A DNA stretch of 59,290 nucleotides, counting the filler, from Piptocephalis cylindrospora (Eukaryota): the NCBI GenBank assembly GCA_003614145.1. It is 2 parts of 2 records of this genome, joined end to end, with 100 filler letters (N's around TTAATTAATTAA, not from the genome) between each part and the next. Parts side by side here need not be neighbours in the genome. Positions count along the whole stretch, not along the records: positions 1 to 29,983 come from KZ987756.1; positions 30,084 to 59,290 come from KZ987757.1. One strand, written 5' to 3'. Shown piece after piece: positions 24,292 to 37,500 of this stretch. The notes below the pieces were generated by a model. The model was not told the DNA's origin, searched no databases, and saw only the letters and a program-made list of their open reading frames with translations. Position 1 is the stretch's first letter; each line of letters begins with the position of its first letter. The translations under genes were made by a program, and so were the position numbers.

Positions 24292-24682
24292 TCAACCAGA
24301 CTCATTAGCAGCGTCTTTGGCTTTCATGCCCTCCAAGATACGTAAACGCTTATTCTCCAGATGTTCCAGACGCAACCGATCCCGTGCTCCTGTCTTCACA
24401 TAAGCCTCCAGGCAACCATTCATGATCCTCTGCTCTGTCCTGCAAGCCCATGCTACACTGACAGTTCGGCCCGTAGCACACTTTGCAAAGGCTAGCGATC
24501 ATCGACAGGACCGGGTTGAGGGAGGAGGCAGGGTGAGTCGCGTCTAGGAACATTTACGACCCGGACAAAGCTATACTCAGCCCAAGACACTCACCTGACA
24601 GGGTCTCGCTACAGTTCTTCCGGGCATCAGCCTTCATCTCCTTGAGGATGGCATCTTCTTCGGCTCGAGTCAGGGTTAACAT
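24292..24682 (-). CDS. CMC1: Twin CX9C cytochrome c oxidase assembly protein (exons 24682-24595, 24491-24292); not in the ORF track
   Basis: Spliced translation MLTLTRAEEDAILKEMKADARKNCSETLSAFAKCATGRTVSVAWACRTEQRIMNGCLEAY... has two exact CX9C motifs and the Cmc1-type GRTxSVxWxCR segment. Confidence 0.9.
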
Positions 24683-25159
24683 GTTGTTTCTTGAATGAGG
24701 AAAGAGGTCAAATGAAGGATTTTAAAAAAGGGATGAGTATAGCGTTGTTGAAGGGCAACAAGGATACCGGGTAAATCTGGAGAACATCAAGCTCGCTCCC
24801 TCCACAGGTAGTTAGCAAGCTAGTGCCCCTTTGTTGAGTGCTCAGACTGTCAGCTATGCTCCAAGCACGAATTAAAATTTACATCCAAAATGTATAATTA
24901 TAGCCAGTAAAGTACCGTCTGGTTTGTAAGGGGGAGTGAAGTGTGCCACTGGACTGACTACATACGTCTATCCAATCAAGCCATACTCCACTTTGGGATA
25001 GGTGGCCGATAAAAAAAACAAAGGACTGTCCTCCCCCCCTCCCTCCCCTGCCCTTAACTTAATAAACATCACCTTAGAACCGCAGCCTTTTCGTCTTTCA
25101 AGCTTTGACTTCACTATCTTCCCTCCTCTCTCACACCATAACTTGTATCGTACGGCTAC

Positions 25160-27733
25160 ATGTCGGCAAAGAGTAACACATCCACTCAAACTGGGTCCGC
25201 GGCTGCCGAGAAGCCCAAGTCCAAGAAAGGACTACGTCGTGCCCGAAAGAGGGAACGCGCAACTCAGGCGCTAGTAGGGAGCCCCACTAACTTGCTTGAT
25301 GGCCCCACTAGGCCAAAGAGTAAGCCATTTTTTCCCTCGTTGTGTTGTACTTTAAAAGAATCTCGTTCCTTCCCCCTCATCTCCTATCCTCCCCCTATCC
25401 TTGTAGAACAGAATGTTCGACCAACGCAACCTAAACCCAAAGGTAGCTCATCCGATCAAGCTGCATTGACCGCAAGGGCTGCCGCGTTATTGGAGCAACG
25501 AAAGGCCCTCCCTATCTACGATGGGAAACATGATATTGTTGAGACCATTAAGGCAGAGCCCGTGGTCATCTTTGTTGGCGAGACGGGGTCGGGGAAGACC
25601 ACTCAGATCCCCCAATTCCTCCATGAGGCTGGAATTACCAAAGAAGGCGCCATTGGGATCACACAGCCCAGAAGGGTGGCAGCCACGTCCTTGGCTACCC
25701 GTGTCTCTGAGGAGGCTGGATGTCGACTCGGCGGCCTGGTGGGCTACACAGTGAGGTTTGATGATACTAGTAGCCCGCGAACTTTAATCAAGTACTTGAC
25801 CGACGGAATGCTACTCCGGGAAATCCTCTCGGATCCCTTACTTACCCGGTATCGAGTCATCATCTTGGATGAGGCTCACGAAAGGACCATTCGGACAGAT
25901 GTGCTTTTTGGCATGCTGAAACGTATCCAGAAAACGCGTCAGGAACAGGTGGACAAATTCACGGTCCTCGACGTATCACCCCCTATATATCCCCTGAAGA
26001 TTGTAGTAATGAGTGCAACGATGAATGCCGGTCAGTTTTCCCGCTACTTTAATCAAGCCCCGATCCTGATAGTAGAAGGGAGACAGCACGAGGTTTTGAC
26101 CCTGTGCACGAGTGAGGCCCAGTCTGATTATCTTGAGGCAGCCCGGAGAAAAGTCCTCGAATTCCATAGAGTAGCCCCTCGGGGAGATATTCTCGTCTTC
26201 CTGAGTGGACAGGATGAAATTGAGAGCCTACAAAAGATTTTGGCTGAGAATATCAAGGAGTTCCCTGAGGGCGAATGGCCCTTACATGTTCTCCCTCTTT
26301 TCGCTGCCCTTCCCCCGGCCCAGCAAGCCAAGGTCTTTGTGCCATCTCCCCCTAATTCTCGCAAGGTTATTTTGGCTACTAACATCGCCGAGACCTCCAT
26401 CACTATTTCCGGGGTTCGGTATGTCGTTGATACAGGTGTAGCTAAATTCCGATCTTTCAATCCCAAGATTGGCATTGAGACCCTGCAGATCGAGGCAATT
26501 TCTCAGTCTGCCGCTGATCAGAGATCTGGGAGAGCAGGCCGTGAGGTAAGAGAGAGAAAGAGAAAGAGAAAAGTGAGGGTACAAATCGCTTACCGTGTCA
26601 TTGACGTTACCATAGGATAAAGGTGTGTGTGTTCGGCTTTACACAAGGGAAACATATGCTGCGCTTCCTCTCGATGCAAAGCCTGAAATTCTTCGATGCA
26701 ACCTCGCTCCTGTGGTTCTTCAGCTTAAGGCCGTTGGGGTCGATGATATTCTTGGTTTTGACTTTTTGGACCCACCAGAACATGCTTCATGTAAGATGCA
26801 CCTAGGAATTGGTGGTGGGAGTGTGATTTCTATACAGATGATCCTAACTAACTACGCCTCTTCCCTGTAGTATGCCGTGCCCTTGAGCAATTGTATGCTC
26901 TGGAAGCCCTGGATGGAAAGGGACACTTGACAGCTGAGGGAAAACGGATGGCCGAGTTTCCCCTAGACCCGACCTGGGCCAAGGTTCTGTTTGCAGCCGA
27001 GGTAGGTAGAGATGGAATACAGTGGGGCCCGCTTTGGGTGTCACTTACCTTCCTCATCGCGCCCGGATAGAGCTTACACTGCACCAAAGAGGTTATCGAT
27101 TTGATTTCGCTTCAGACGGCCGACAACATTTTCTTTTCCCCGCCCCAACAGAGAACTGAGGCTCAAGAAGCGAGAAAGAAGTTTCTGGATCACCATGGTA
27201 TGCTGTCGTGTTACTTCTTCTTCCTTGCCTCCTGCCCTCATCGCCTAATTCCTAATCATCCTCACTTAGGTGACCATTTTACCCATATGAATGTCCTAAA
27301 GGAGTACCAGGAGGCCTCAGGAGACGCTCATTGGTGCCGTAGGAATTTTATTAATCAACGGGCTATTATCAACGTTTTGGAGGTACGCAAACAGCTTCGA
27401 ATGATTACTCGACGGGTCGGCGTCGACCCGGATGTGTCAGTGGGTTCTGGGGGGGATAAAGAGGTGGTCTTACAGTGTTTACTCCGGGGCTTCTTCCAGA
27501 ATGTCGCTTTGCTCCAACCGGACGGTCGGACCTACAAAGGCCTAGTGACTAATGTGGCCGTGTTCGTCCACCCTATGTCGGCGTTGAGCATGCGTAAAGC
27601 AGAAGCGATTGTATTTGATGAAATTGTCCAGACGACTCGACCCTATGCTCGAGGCGTATCGGCCATACGGGCTGGATGGCTCGTCGACGCTGCTCCTCGG
27701 TATTATGGGAATGCTCGGGTTCCAGGAAGATAA
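25160..27733 (+). CDS. DHR2: DEAH-box RNA helicase, DHR2/DHX33-like (multi-exon)
   Basis: [55 protein letters not shown] and HA2/OB-fold C-terminus; short basic N-terminus. Confidence 0.85.
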
Positions 27734-27794
27734 AGGCTGAGGTGAGGCACTCTCTTTAACATGTATTGTGTGTTGGAAACAGAAAAGTCTATTA

Positions 27795-29405
27795 TTATGA
27801 TGGGGACGGTGAGGAGGGACGGGATCGGCGGTAAGGTCTAGCTTGGCGTTTTAGGGCTTGACGATGCTTCCTAGATCCCCGATGGTCCCGCGCAGCTTGT
27901 TCCCCACGCGAATACACACCGCATATCTCACACTGGATCATCTTGTTATCTTGGGGTCTAAGAAGGGGGAGAAGGTCAAAGAAGGGCATTGGATATGAGA
28001 AAGGCAGCAGAACGTACGATTTTTCGGGAGGGTTCAAGAGATCCTGGGCCAAAGGATGAATGTCTTTGGGATTAGGAAGGGGAGTTTGCTTGAGAAAAGC
28101 TGGAGGGGGGAAGAGAAGATAATAAGTAAAGAAGCAAATGAATCATTGAAGCAACAATCACAATCACAATCTGGGCCTACCTTGAGCAACAGCAATGGCT
28201 GGGGCTTTGGCGGCCTCATCCCACTTGGATGGATCAGAAGCATCTAGGACGTAGCAGCATGCATCATACGAGGGTGGAGAGCATCTAGGAAGAAGCTTGT
28301 TACGAATCCAACCAACTTGCCTCTTGGCATAAATACGGTTCCCAGCTTTGACCATTTCTACAGCGTCAGCCTTGTGCTTCTCTAGCGCTTTTTCATCAAC
28401 AGCATGATCGTTTTCGGCCTCAATGAAAATTTGAAACTCTTTGAACCCAATGCCCTGGGCAAGACCTCGAGTATAATCGATAGGGGAGGGGAGCTCTCGG
28501 TGCAGAGATCTAACTTCATCTAGCATACCTTGTTGCATCATGACATCCACGCGGGCCTCGAGACGATCGACAATGATGGAGCGTTCAGCGTGCAGCCAGA
28601 GAAAACAAGTAGGGTAAATGAGCTTTTCCTCAGCCGCGCCTGCCAATCTCTGTTGCTCCTGAATATCACTATGACGTTGGCCTGTGGAGTCGTGAACGCG
28701 GAGAGACCGAAGAATCTTTCGTCGATCCCTTGGATGCCATCTCTCGGCCATAGCTGGATCTACTCGCTGCAGCTGAGTATAGAGCTCTTCCGTTGTTCTA
28801 GGGTCCTCCTCCTCAGCCTTGTCATGGGAAGGTCCAGAGTTTTCTTCGGCGCTTTGGGAAGGATCGGAGACAAGCTGATCTCTCCACAGGGTAGCTTGCA
28901 CGTAGTATTGAGTTCCACCCACAAGGATAGGGACCCGGCCCCTCTGATGAATCTGATCGATGCATTGTCTAGCTGCTCGGGTAAAATCGAGGATAGAGTA
29001 ATTGTCCCCAGGAGGAACATACCCCAGGAGATGATGAGGTACACCCTGTTGATCCTTGACTGGATGCTTATTAGTAAGAATGTCGTAGCCGGCGTAAACC
29101 TGGTGAAAAGGATAGATGGGCGGGGGATGAGTCTGGGAGGAGGGGGAGAGCGCTCAGAAAAAAAGGGGGGGTACCTGCATGGAATCGGTACTAATGACCT
29201 CGCCATTTAAGGCCTTGGCCAGCTCAACGGCCAAATCTGACTTGCCCACACCAGTGGTACCGATGACAGCAAGGACGGGGGGACGGGAAGGAGTAAGAAG
29301 GGACATGAGATAGTCTAGAGGAGTCTTTCGCCCCGATCCAAGGTTGGGAGAAGGGAAGAGGCGAGGTAAACGGGGAAAGTGCTTGGCCAGGGACAGCAGG
29401 TGCAT
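27795..29405 (-). CDS. MOD5: tRNA dimethylallyltransferase (IPP transferase); two in-frame ATGs (29405, 29306); multi-exon
   Basis: [62 protein letters not shown]-terminal zinc finger CEIC...H...SRKH. Confidence 0.93.
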
Positions 29406-29983
29406 TGGCCAGCTGGCTGTGGACAAGGGAGGGGGAAGATAGGGAAAGAAGATGAGCAAAGTGGGATGGATTAGATGAACCGTTTTTGATCCGCTGGAAG
29501 ATGAAGTGGGGGGAGCCCCGTTTGAACAAAGACAGATATGACAAATATGAGCTTGTGTGATGTGATCCTAGTACAGTAAACAATAAGAGACAGGTTCGTT
29601 CCTACCTGGACCGAGCTATAAAAGATAACCACATTTTCCTTGATGGCAAATTTGATACAAGGAAACCCCGACTTGGCGTACCCAAGAGGCTGCGCCCACT
29701 AAGGAATAGTGCACTTCCTTACCTTTCCCTATATCAGACGGCGGAAGCACCACGAGTCGAAATGTAAGGATCGTCAGACTTCCGAACCTCTCCTGGTTGA
29801 TTGCCCATGATAATCTTTTGATACGATATGGTCGCCATTGCACTTACCCTGATCATTCAGGACCAACACTTCATTACCTTTTCCTCCTCTTTTGCAATGA
29901 TAATGTCAAGGATGCCCGTTTACTTTGGCCCCCCACCACCCACCGACACCCACGCCCCACCTCCCCCCCACCCTTGTCGTGAC

Positions 29984-30083
29984 NNNNNNNNNNNNNNNNN
30001 NNNNNNNNNNNNNNNNNNNNNNNNNNNTTAATTAATTAANNNNNNNNNNNNNNNNNNNNNNNNNNNNNNNNNNNNNNNNNNNN
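29984..30083. other. Artificial contig-join spacer (44 N + TTAATTAATTAA + 44 N)
   Basis: Exactly 100 bp, symmetric, with an all-frame stop linker in the centre. Confidence 0.97.
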
Positions 30084-30432
30084 CCCCCCCCCCCCCCCCC
30101 CCCCCCCCTGAAATATACCCTTCTTCCTACCTAATGAAGAGGGCCAGGGGGGAACAGCAGGGATGTCAGTTGTGGAGCCGCCCACGGTCTGGGAGCATGG
30201 TAGCGCATGAAAAGCCAGGAAACCCACTTGAAAAAAGTAAGGAGAAGGGTGGTTGGGAATTAGTAAATAAATAGTCATGTTCTTCTATTATGACATCTAG
30301 AGCTGTTCCTGAGTCTGGCAGTACACAAGTTAATGTCATGCCCAAGTGCATCAGGGCATGTTTAATTCAATCCAAAGCGATAATGAAAAATGTCTTATTT
30401 CCAAGCCTCAATTGAACAATTACAACACTCCT

Positions 30433-33400
30433 CTACCTTCTAGCAAGAGCCAGGAGACCACCGTCCTCTTCCCCCTCGTCCTCTTCTTCAGAGGAAGCGT
30501 GCGCCACGGAAGGCTTCGTGGATAGTCCCTTTCCATTCCCTCCTAGCCTCTTGTCCCGAGGTAAAGAGGAAGATGAGGCCCGAGAGTAAAAATCTTTCAA
30601 TGAACTTTGTCTCTTTTTAACGGCTTCTTCCCGAAGCTTCCTCATAGACTTGACCACCGGGAGCAAAGTTAACCGCACCTGATCTGTTTCCCAACCAAGA
30701 TGATCCCATAAGAATCTAAAGATGATATCTCGGTTAAATAGATTGTGATTTGTACCCATCCTCTTCATTAGACCTTACCTCTCCAATCCATCCAAATCAG
30801 GAATGAGCCAGACACACTCATCCGTCGAATGATCCACCAGAGGATCCGTGTAGGCACGAACGACTCGCGCATCCGGGAAGGAGGCGTCCAGTCCCTCGGT
30901 CAAAGCCCTCTTCAATCGCCTCCTCCAGCTCCTGCGACGCTCCGCGGTCTCGTCATCCACTCGAGTGTCCTCTTCTGGATCCTCTAGGATACGACGTAGA
31001 CGGGTAAGATAGTCCATGGGAACTTCGGATCCCCCAAACCCCTGGGAATTATTCCATACCCCAAGCATATCCTTGGCCAGAACAGGGCCTACCCCGATGA
31101 TCCCATCTGCATAATCCCCTCCCAGGAGGAGACCAGCAGCTACGAGGTGGTCGAGGTCGAGGTCAAGGTCCCGGGAAAGGACCGATGCTTGGTAAAGCTC
31201 GACGTACTTGTCCTTGCGAAACACATTGCGATACAGGTTTTGGGCTCCAAAGAGCAAAGCATCTCCATCGTCCGTCACCACCCCATCCACCAAGCCCAGT
31301 CTTTCCAATTCCACACACTGAGCTTCAGCCTCGGAGGGCGCATCGACATACGGGATGTTAAAGTAAGCGAGGAGCTCTCGGGTTTCCCGGATCATCTCCG
31401 TAGTCACTTCGGAAGTATCCCGCATCTCCTTTCGTCGACGGTCATCCATACTCTTCAGGTCCTGTTGAAGTCCTGCTCGAAATGTCCTTACTCTATCCCC
31501 ATCCTTTTGAATTTGAGAGAAGAATGCATCAAATCCTGCTTCTTCGTCCCGCTCATTCATCATCGAGGCTTTCATTTCTTCCTCCTCTTCCGCGTGATCC
31601 TCCTCAATTCTGTTCACGACATGAAGATGACCCTCGTCCTCTTCTACGTCCTGAAGATCCGCGGTAGGAGAAGCCTTGGCATTAGACTCAAGGGCTAGAG
31701 GCAGATTTGATCCCTTTTGCTTATACATGTCTGGAGATTCCGATTTTGGATGTACAAGAGGCGCCTCGGGAAGGGAATTTGTAGCCGCCTCTCGATGAGG
31801 TAGGGCATGATTTGGCCTCCAATTGTAACCTAGGCTTTCCTCCTTGACGGTGATAATGGCACCCTCCTCCTTCCCTTCATTCAAGGACGCATTGACTCTC
31901 TGAGGAGACAGCGGTGCCAGCATGACCTGGGAAGGATTCATCAATTCCCCATCACCCTTTTCCAAGACACGTCCCGAGGATAGCCTGGCCATCTTCAGAC
32001 CCTCTTCCATTCTATCTGAAGGGGAAAGTGACCTTTTTGGCCTAGGAGGACTGAAAGCAGGGACCTCTTCAAATTCCTCCTCCTCCTCCCCCTCCTCTTT
32101 TTCTTCTTCTTCACTCAACGGCTCCAGTCTCTGATGATCATTCGCTTTTTCGTCCCTTACCTTACTCAAAAGGGTATCTTCATCTTTAAGGACACTACTA
32201 AATTCTCTCCTTCCCTCCATCTCATCATTCACAACTATCACCTGATCATCCTTGGCATCAGGGCCCTTTTCAGGCATCCCGCCCCGTAAACCCGACATGA
32301 TCCACCCCCCCTCCTTGGCATCCGACCGATGGACAAGATATTCTCGACTTCCCTGAGAAGCTAGTCTCTTCGTAGGCACTTTCTGTGTCACCTCTTTTCT
32401 GCCATCCCTCTTTTCCTCTTCGTCCGCTTCCTCGCTTCCCTGGCCCAGAACAGCCTGCATATACGAGTTCCGAATAACCACACCACGTACCTGTAACTCA
32501 GAGATACGTAAGGATGATTGCGCGCCCTGCAGATCACGCATACGTGCATGAGACGTGTGCCGAGAACGTATCTTCAGCTCACGCAGCAATTCATGCCTCA
32601 CTTCCTGGGGCAAGGCGAGAAAGTCTGGGGACTCAAGGTCGAATGTGTCCACCTGAGCAGATCGCAAGAGTCGAATGGGGAAGTTTGTGAGATCATTCGT
32701 CAACATATCTAATGCTCTCCTTTGCATCACTTCCTAATACAAGCAAGAAGCATTATACTACTATTCTGCGATACTTACATCCAATCGATCTAGCAAGTCT
32801 CGTGTCGCCTCCCGAATATCCCCATGCAATGAGCTTTCAATGAGACTGTCGAATCGTGTGTCCCTAGCACGATTTCGGACTCTCTCTCTAAAAAGGAAAA
32901 TATGTGCGTAACAATTAGTCTTGATAAAATTCAACTAGAAAAACCCATCTCACACCTACTCCATGGGCTCTCCTGAAGGTAGCTCATAATCATCTAGCGC
33001 ACGGCCTGATCGACGCACTGGTCGAGCCAACGCACCTGTCACCTGGGCCACACGATCCACCTTGGACCGAGTAGGCGAAGATGGGTATTGGGAGCTCGGA
33101 GGCTGTTGAGTCTGCTTGCCCTTGCGTCTTGGACTAACCTTTCCGGCTGTCTCCAACTGGGCATTCAAGATCTTCCTGGCCAGCCGAGCATGGTCCAAGG
33201 TCACTTGTGTCCCCTCCCTCCTTTCTCTACGTTTTGCCTAAGTAAATGTAAAGGCCCGATGGTCAGACCTTTAGAGAACGAGCTTCATCGCCGAGTCCTG
33301 CCTCCCAACTTACCAGAGTCCGACGCTTCAGCTCTGGGGCCGGACCGTCAAAGACAAAGACGGGTCGAACCCCATAATAGAGTAGTTTGCAGATGCGCCG

Positions 33401-33577
33401 AAAGAAGCCAAGAAGATGGGCTCCAGGAATAGGCGTGCCATCGGGACCACGCTGAGCCTTGAGAAAGTGCTGTAGCCAGATGGAGGCATCAATGGCGAGA
33501 CGAAGATCAGCCAGATCCTCCATTGGGACGGGTCGTGCTGCAGGTTCCACCAACTTCCATAGGCCTTTAACACCCAT
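30433..33577 (-). CDS. RAD2: XPG/RAD2 structure-specific endonuclease (multi-exon)
   Basis: MGVKGLW, LAIDASIWL, GFFRRICKLLYYGVRPVFVFDG (N domain); long spacer; PYVDAPSEAEAQC, VTDDGDALLFGA, LLGGDYADGIIGVGPV (I/H3TH). Confidence 0.95.
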
Positions 33578-34526
33578 GAGCGAAAAGAGAAGGAAAGAGA
33601 GGTATGGAGGGGAAAGAGGGGTATGAAGGAGAAAGAGAGAAATAGAGGAGGAAAAGAAGAAGGGGAAGGAGAATAGATGGGTGAACCGGTAAGAAAGGAT
33701 GGGAGTGAATGGGGCCGTGCTTTGGAATAGTCCTGGTGCACAAGCATGACTCATTCTTGTGCAGTCCTAGTCGTGTGTGCGATGCCTTGAGGCTTCTATG
33801 ATGAGATACCATTATTAAGATAAGTGCAGGGGCAGCAAGACGCGTTATTATTACGATGAAAGATCGTGGAAAACTCCAAAGTGATCATGATAACAATGCA
33901 GTCTCCATAGTTGAATTTAATAACAACAGTAGTAATCAGGATAATAAGCTTCTTCCCTTTCTTAATTTTAGTGGCACTTTCCACATTCATAGTAAGGCCT
34001 TCCTTCATAAAATACTCATCGGTATACTCGACTAGATATCACGGTGGAGATAAGCAGTGTCCTTCAGAAACGACATTCCCGTCCGACGGGCTAGTGCCCT
34101 CATGCCAATAGAACCAGGGTGACTAGGAGGAGATCATGGTGTACATCCCATAAATCAGCGTGTTTCGTTCCTGTGCCATATCAGACCAGGACGACGTCAC
34201 ACCAAGGTTCAGAGTGAACTCACAGCGCTTGACCTGTGGATCCACACAGAGAGATAGGCACGCCTAATCAGACCCACCAGGCTAAAAACCCCCATTCTCC
34301 GCTAAACCTGCTCACGCCCCACCCCTGATGATAAGCCCACAACGACCCTGCCTCGGCCCATCTTTTACAAGACGCGCCGCATTCTTTCCTCTTTCCTTCC
34401 TTTGCCATTACCCATATCATCGCCCAATCCCCATCCCTGTACTTTGCTACATATCTCTTGAGTGCCCTTCCTTCTCTCCCCCCTCTTACTACTAACTACC
34501 TCTTCATCAACCCCGCGATCAACCCC

Positions 34527-37500
34527 ATGCCGGGCTTTGATATATACATCAAGGAGAGACCTCGCACCCTGGCGGTGGTGCCATTTCAAGCTGGGCTACA
34601 GACTCTTACTGCGGATCATCCCATCCTACTTCTTTCCCATGTCCGGCCCAAAGATACTTCCGAAGCTGCCGCTGTCACCCTGGATATCGTCCCATGGGAT
34701 ACCTTTCGATCCCATCACCTTCCCTCCTACCTAGCCCCAGCCACACCAGCACCTGTTGTCGGCCTCATTGGCCTTGTTCATCTCTCCAATGGTCAGTTAT
34801 TACCGGGCGCTGCGGGAAGGATGGGAGATGGTTTATGAACCATGCCTTCTTGCCCCACTCACTGATCCAGCCCTCACATGCGTTCATCCACTTGATTTTA
34901 CATCATTTCCTTGAACATCGGGTGAATCTCCTCGGCGCCAACAGAGGTGTTCCTGGGTGTAGTGACTAAAGATGAACTTCGGGCAGAACCGCTTCCTCAC
35001 CACCCTATCCGCCGTATCCTCTCCACTCGATTCCTCTCTCTGTCCACCTCGTTGTACGATCCCGTCTCCGGATACTCCATACCTGGGGAAGGGCCCCCTC
35101 CCTCCCATCCCTGTGCGGCCATTGAGAGATACCTTCATCAAGGCACCTTTTATTATGCTCCTAACCACGATCTAACGCGTCCTTTGGGTCACAAAGTCGA
35201 TCAAGAGAATCAAGATCCTTTGACCGGCGCAGTAACCGGAACCGGGGCTTTGGACGAAAGAGGGGGGGAAGGGGTGGAAGAGGTTGAGGAAGCCTCACCT
35301 GGGCCCGACCCCGAGTACTGGTGGAATGGACACATGATGCGTGAGCTCATTGAAGCTCTGGACATGTGGGGGCCAGGGCAACAGGAGATGGTGCGTGAAA
35401 CTGGGGCCTTACTCACTCTGATCCAGGGATATGTGGGCACCCAGGAGATGCGTGCCTTACCCAATTACCAAATGGAGCAGCGCCAGCATGGTGATACGGG
35501 GAGCAAGGGATCCTCCTCCCCGCCCCCACTCAAGGTCAGCCTCATCTCTCGACTGGGATGTGGTCGTGCGGGTGTTCGGTACCTGACTCGGGGCATTGAT
35601 GATGAGGGCCACGTGGCCAACTATGTTGAGACAGAGACCGTCCTCTACACCCCAGTTGCCATCGTCTCTCATCTTCAGCTACGAGGAAGTGTCCCATTGT
35701 TTTGGGAACAGACGGGAGTCCAGTTTGGCGGACATCGCCCTACCCTCACCCGATCCACCGAGGCCACCCGCCCTGCCTTTGAACGACACTTCTCTCGGGT
35801 TCTCGATGAGCATCAACCCATCCATATCATCGACCTTCTCTCCCAACGTGAGGGTACTGGGGAAAAGTCCCTAAGTGCTGCGTACCACCGGCAGTACGCT
35901 GCCTCGGGTATGGCTGAATCCTTACTACGATGGACGGCCTTTGACATCAATGCTGAATGCCCAGGAGGAGATCTTTCTGGGGCCGAGGCAATGGTCCGGT
36001 CCTTGCGTGGGGCCATCGAGACCTATGGACACGAGCTGATCCGAATGGGTGAGGATGGGGAAGGCTCACGGGAGGTAATTATGCGGCAAACAGGCATTTT
36101 TCGGATCAATTGCCTAGACTGTCTTGATCGAACCAATGTCATGCAAAGCCTCCTTTCCCGGGAAGTTCTCCTCCACGCCTTTGCCCACCTCCCCTCCCCC
36201 TTCCAGAGTCGTCGATCCTTAGCCCATGCTGCCCTCACCGGTCTGTGGGTAGAGAATGGGGATGCTTTATCTCGCATCTACTCGGGCACAGGAGCTCTAA
36301 AGAGTAGCTGGACCAAGTCCCTGAGCGGACGAGCATCCGGAATATCGGCAAGCGGGGCCATCCGGAAACCCACATATTCCTCCAGCGCATATGCGGCGGA
36401 TATAGGCGGCTTCATGTCTGATGGAAGCAGCTCTAGTGGGGGTAATACCACCAATGGAGGAGGGGCTGGAGGGAGTGGATGGATGGGCATGTTAATGGAT
36501 GCGGGGAAAAGCGTGAGTCGTATGTACTTGGGTAATGTCTCTGATCCTGCCAAGCAAGAAGCGGTTGATTATCTGTTGGTAAGGCGGGATGAAAATGAGC
36601 TTTCTAGATTGTATAGGAAGGGCATTCGCTTACCTTTTTCGCCTCTCCTTCGTTTTCCTCCATCCTCCCATAGGGGAAGGCACCCGGTCAAAGGAGTATT
36701 CGTGTGTGGGATGAGACACGAGAAGCTATTGGGGATGCCCTGTCTGCTCGGGCTGATGAGTACAGTGACTGGGAACGAGTCCGGCTGTTTGTTGGGACTT
36801 TCAATGTCAATGGTCGACTCCCTTCCACATCCCTTGCTGACTGGTTGCATGGTAAGTGCACTTGATTAAGCTTCTGGGCCTCATAACCCCCTGGTCTTTC
36901 TACTCACCATCCCCCTAACGAATGGCTTTCTAGTCACGGGAGCCTTACCACAGATGGTGGTGATCGGCATCCAGGAGATAGTGGAACTAACTGCTTCTCA
37001 GATTGTTGCGTCCGACCCAGCCAAAAAGGCCGAGTGGGAAAGGTGCATTTTGAGGTGTCTCAACGAGCGGATCATTCATGAGTCGGAACAATATGTCCTC
37101 CTACGCTCGGGTCAGCTTGTCGGCACGGCCCTAACCATTTTTGCTCAGAGATCCGAAGTTGGGCGGATCCGACGGGTGGAATTTGCCAAAGTCAAGGTAA
37201 GATGACCTACAGAATGAGATAACTATCATTTCCATCCTCGCTCATTTTTGCAATCCCATCGGATCAGACAGGTCTTGGGGGTATGACCGGAAACAAGGGC
37301 GCTGTGGCCACGCGGCTCGAATGGGGAGACACCAGCTTTTGCTTTGTATCAGCCCACTTGGCATCAGGTAGGGGGGTAAAGGAGATCGGTCTCAGAGATT
37401 TTGTCTTATTCCCCCTCCCTATTCACTGACCTTAGGAATGGATGTACTGGATCAAAGGAATAACGAATATAGAAGCATCTCTTCTTGGCTCGAGTTTTCC

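Noticed and set aside
29984..30083. Palindromic TTAATTAATTAA between N runs
   Set aside because: Synthetic contig linker, not a transposon TTAA site or any biological element.
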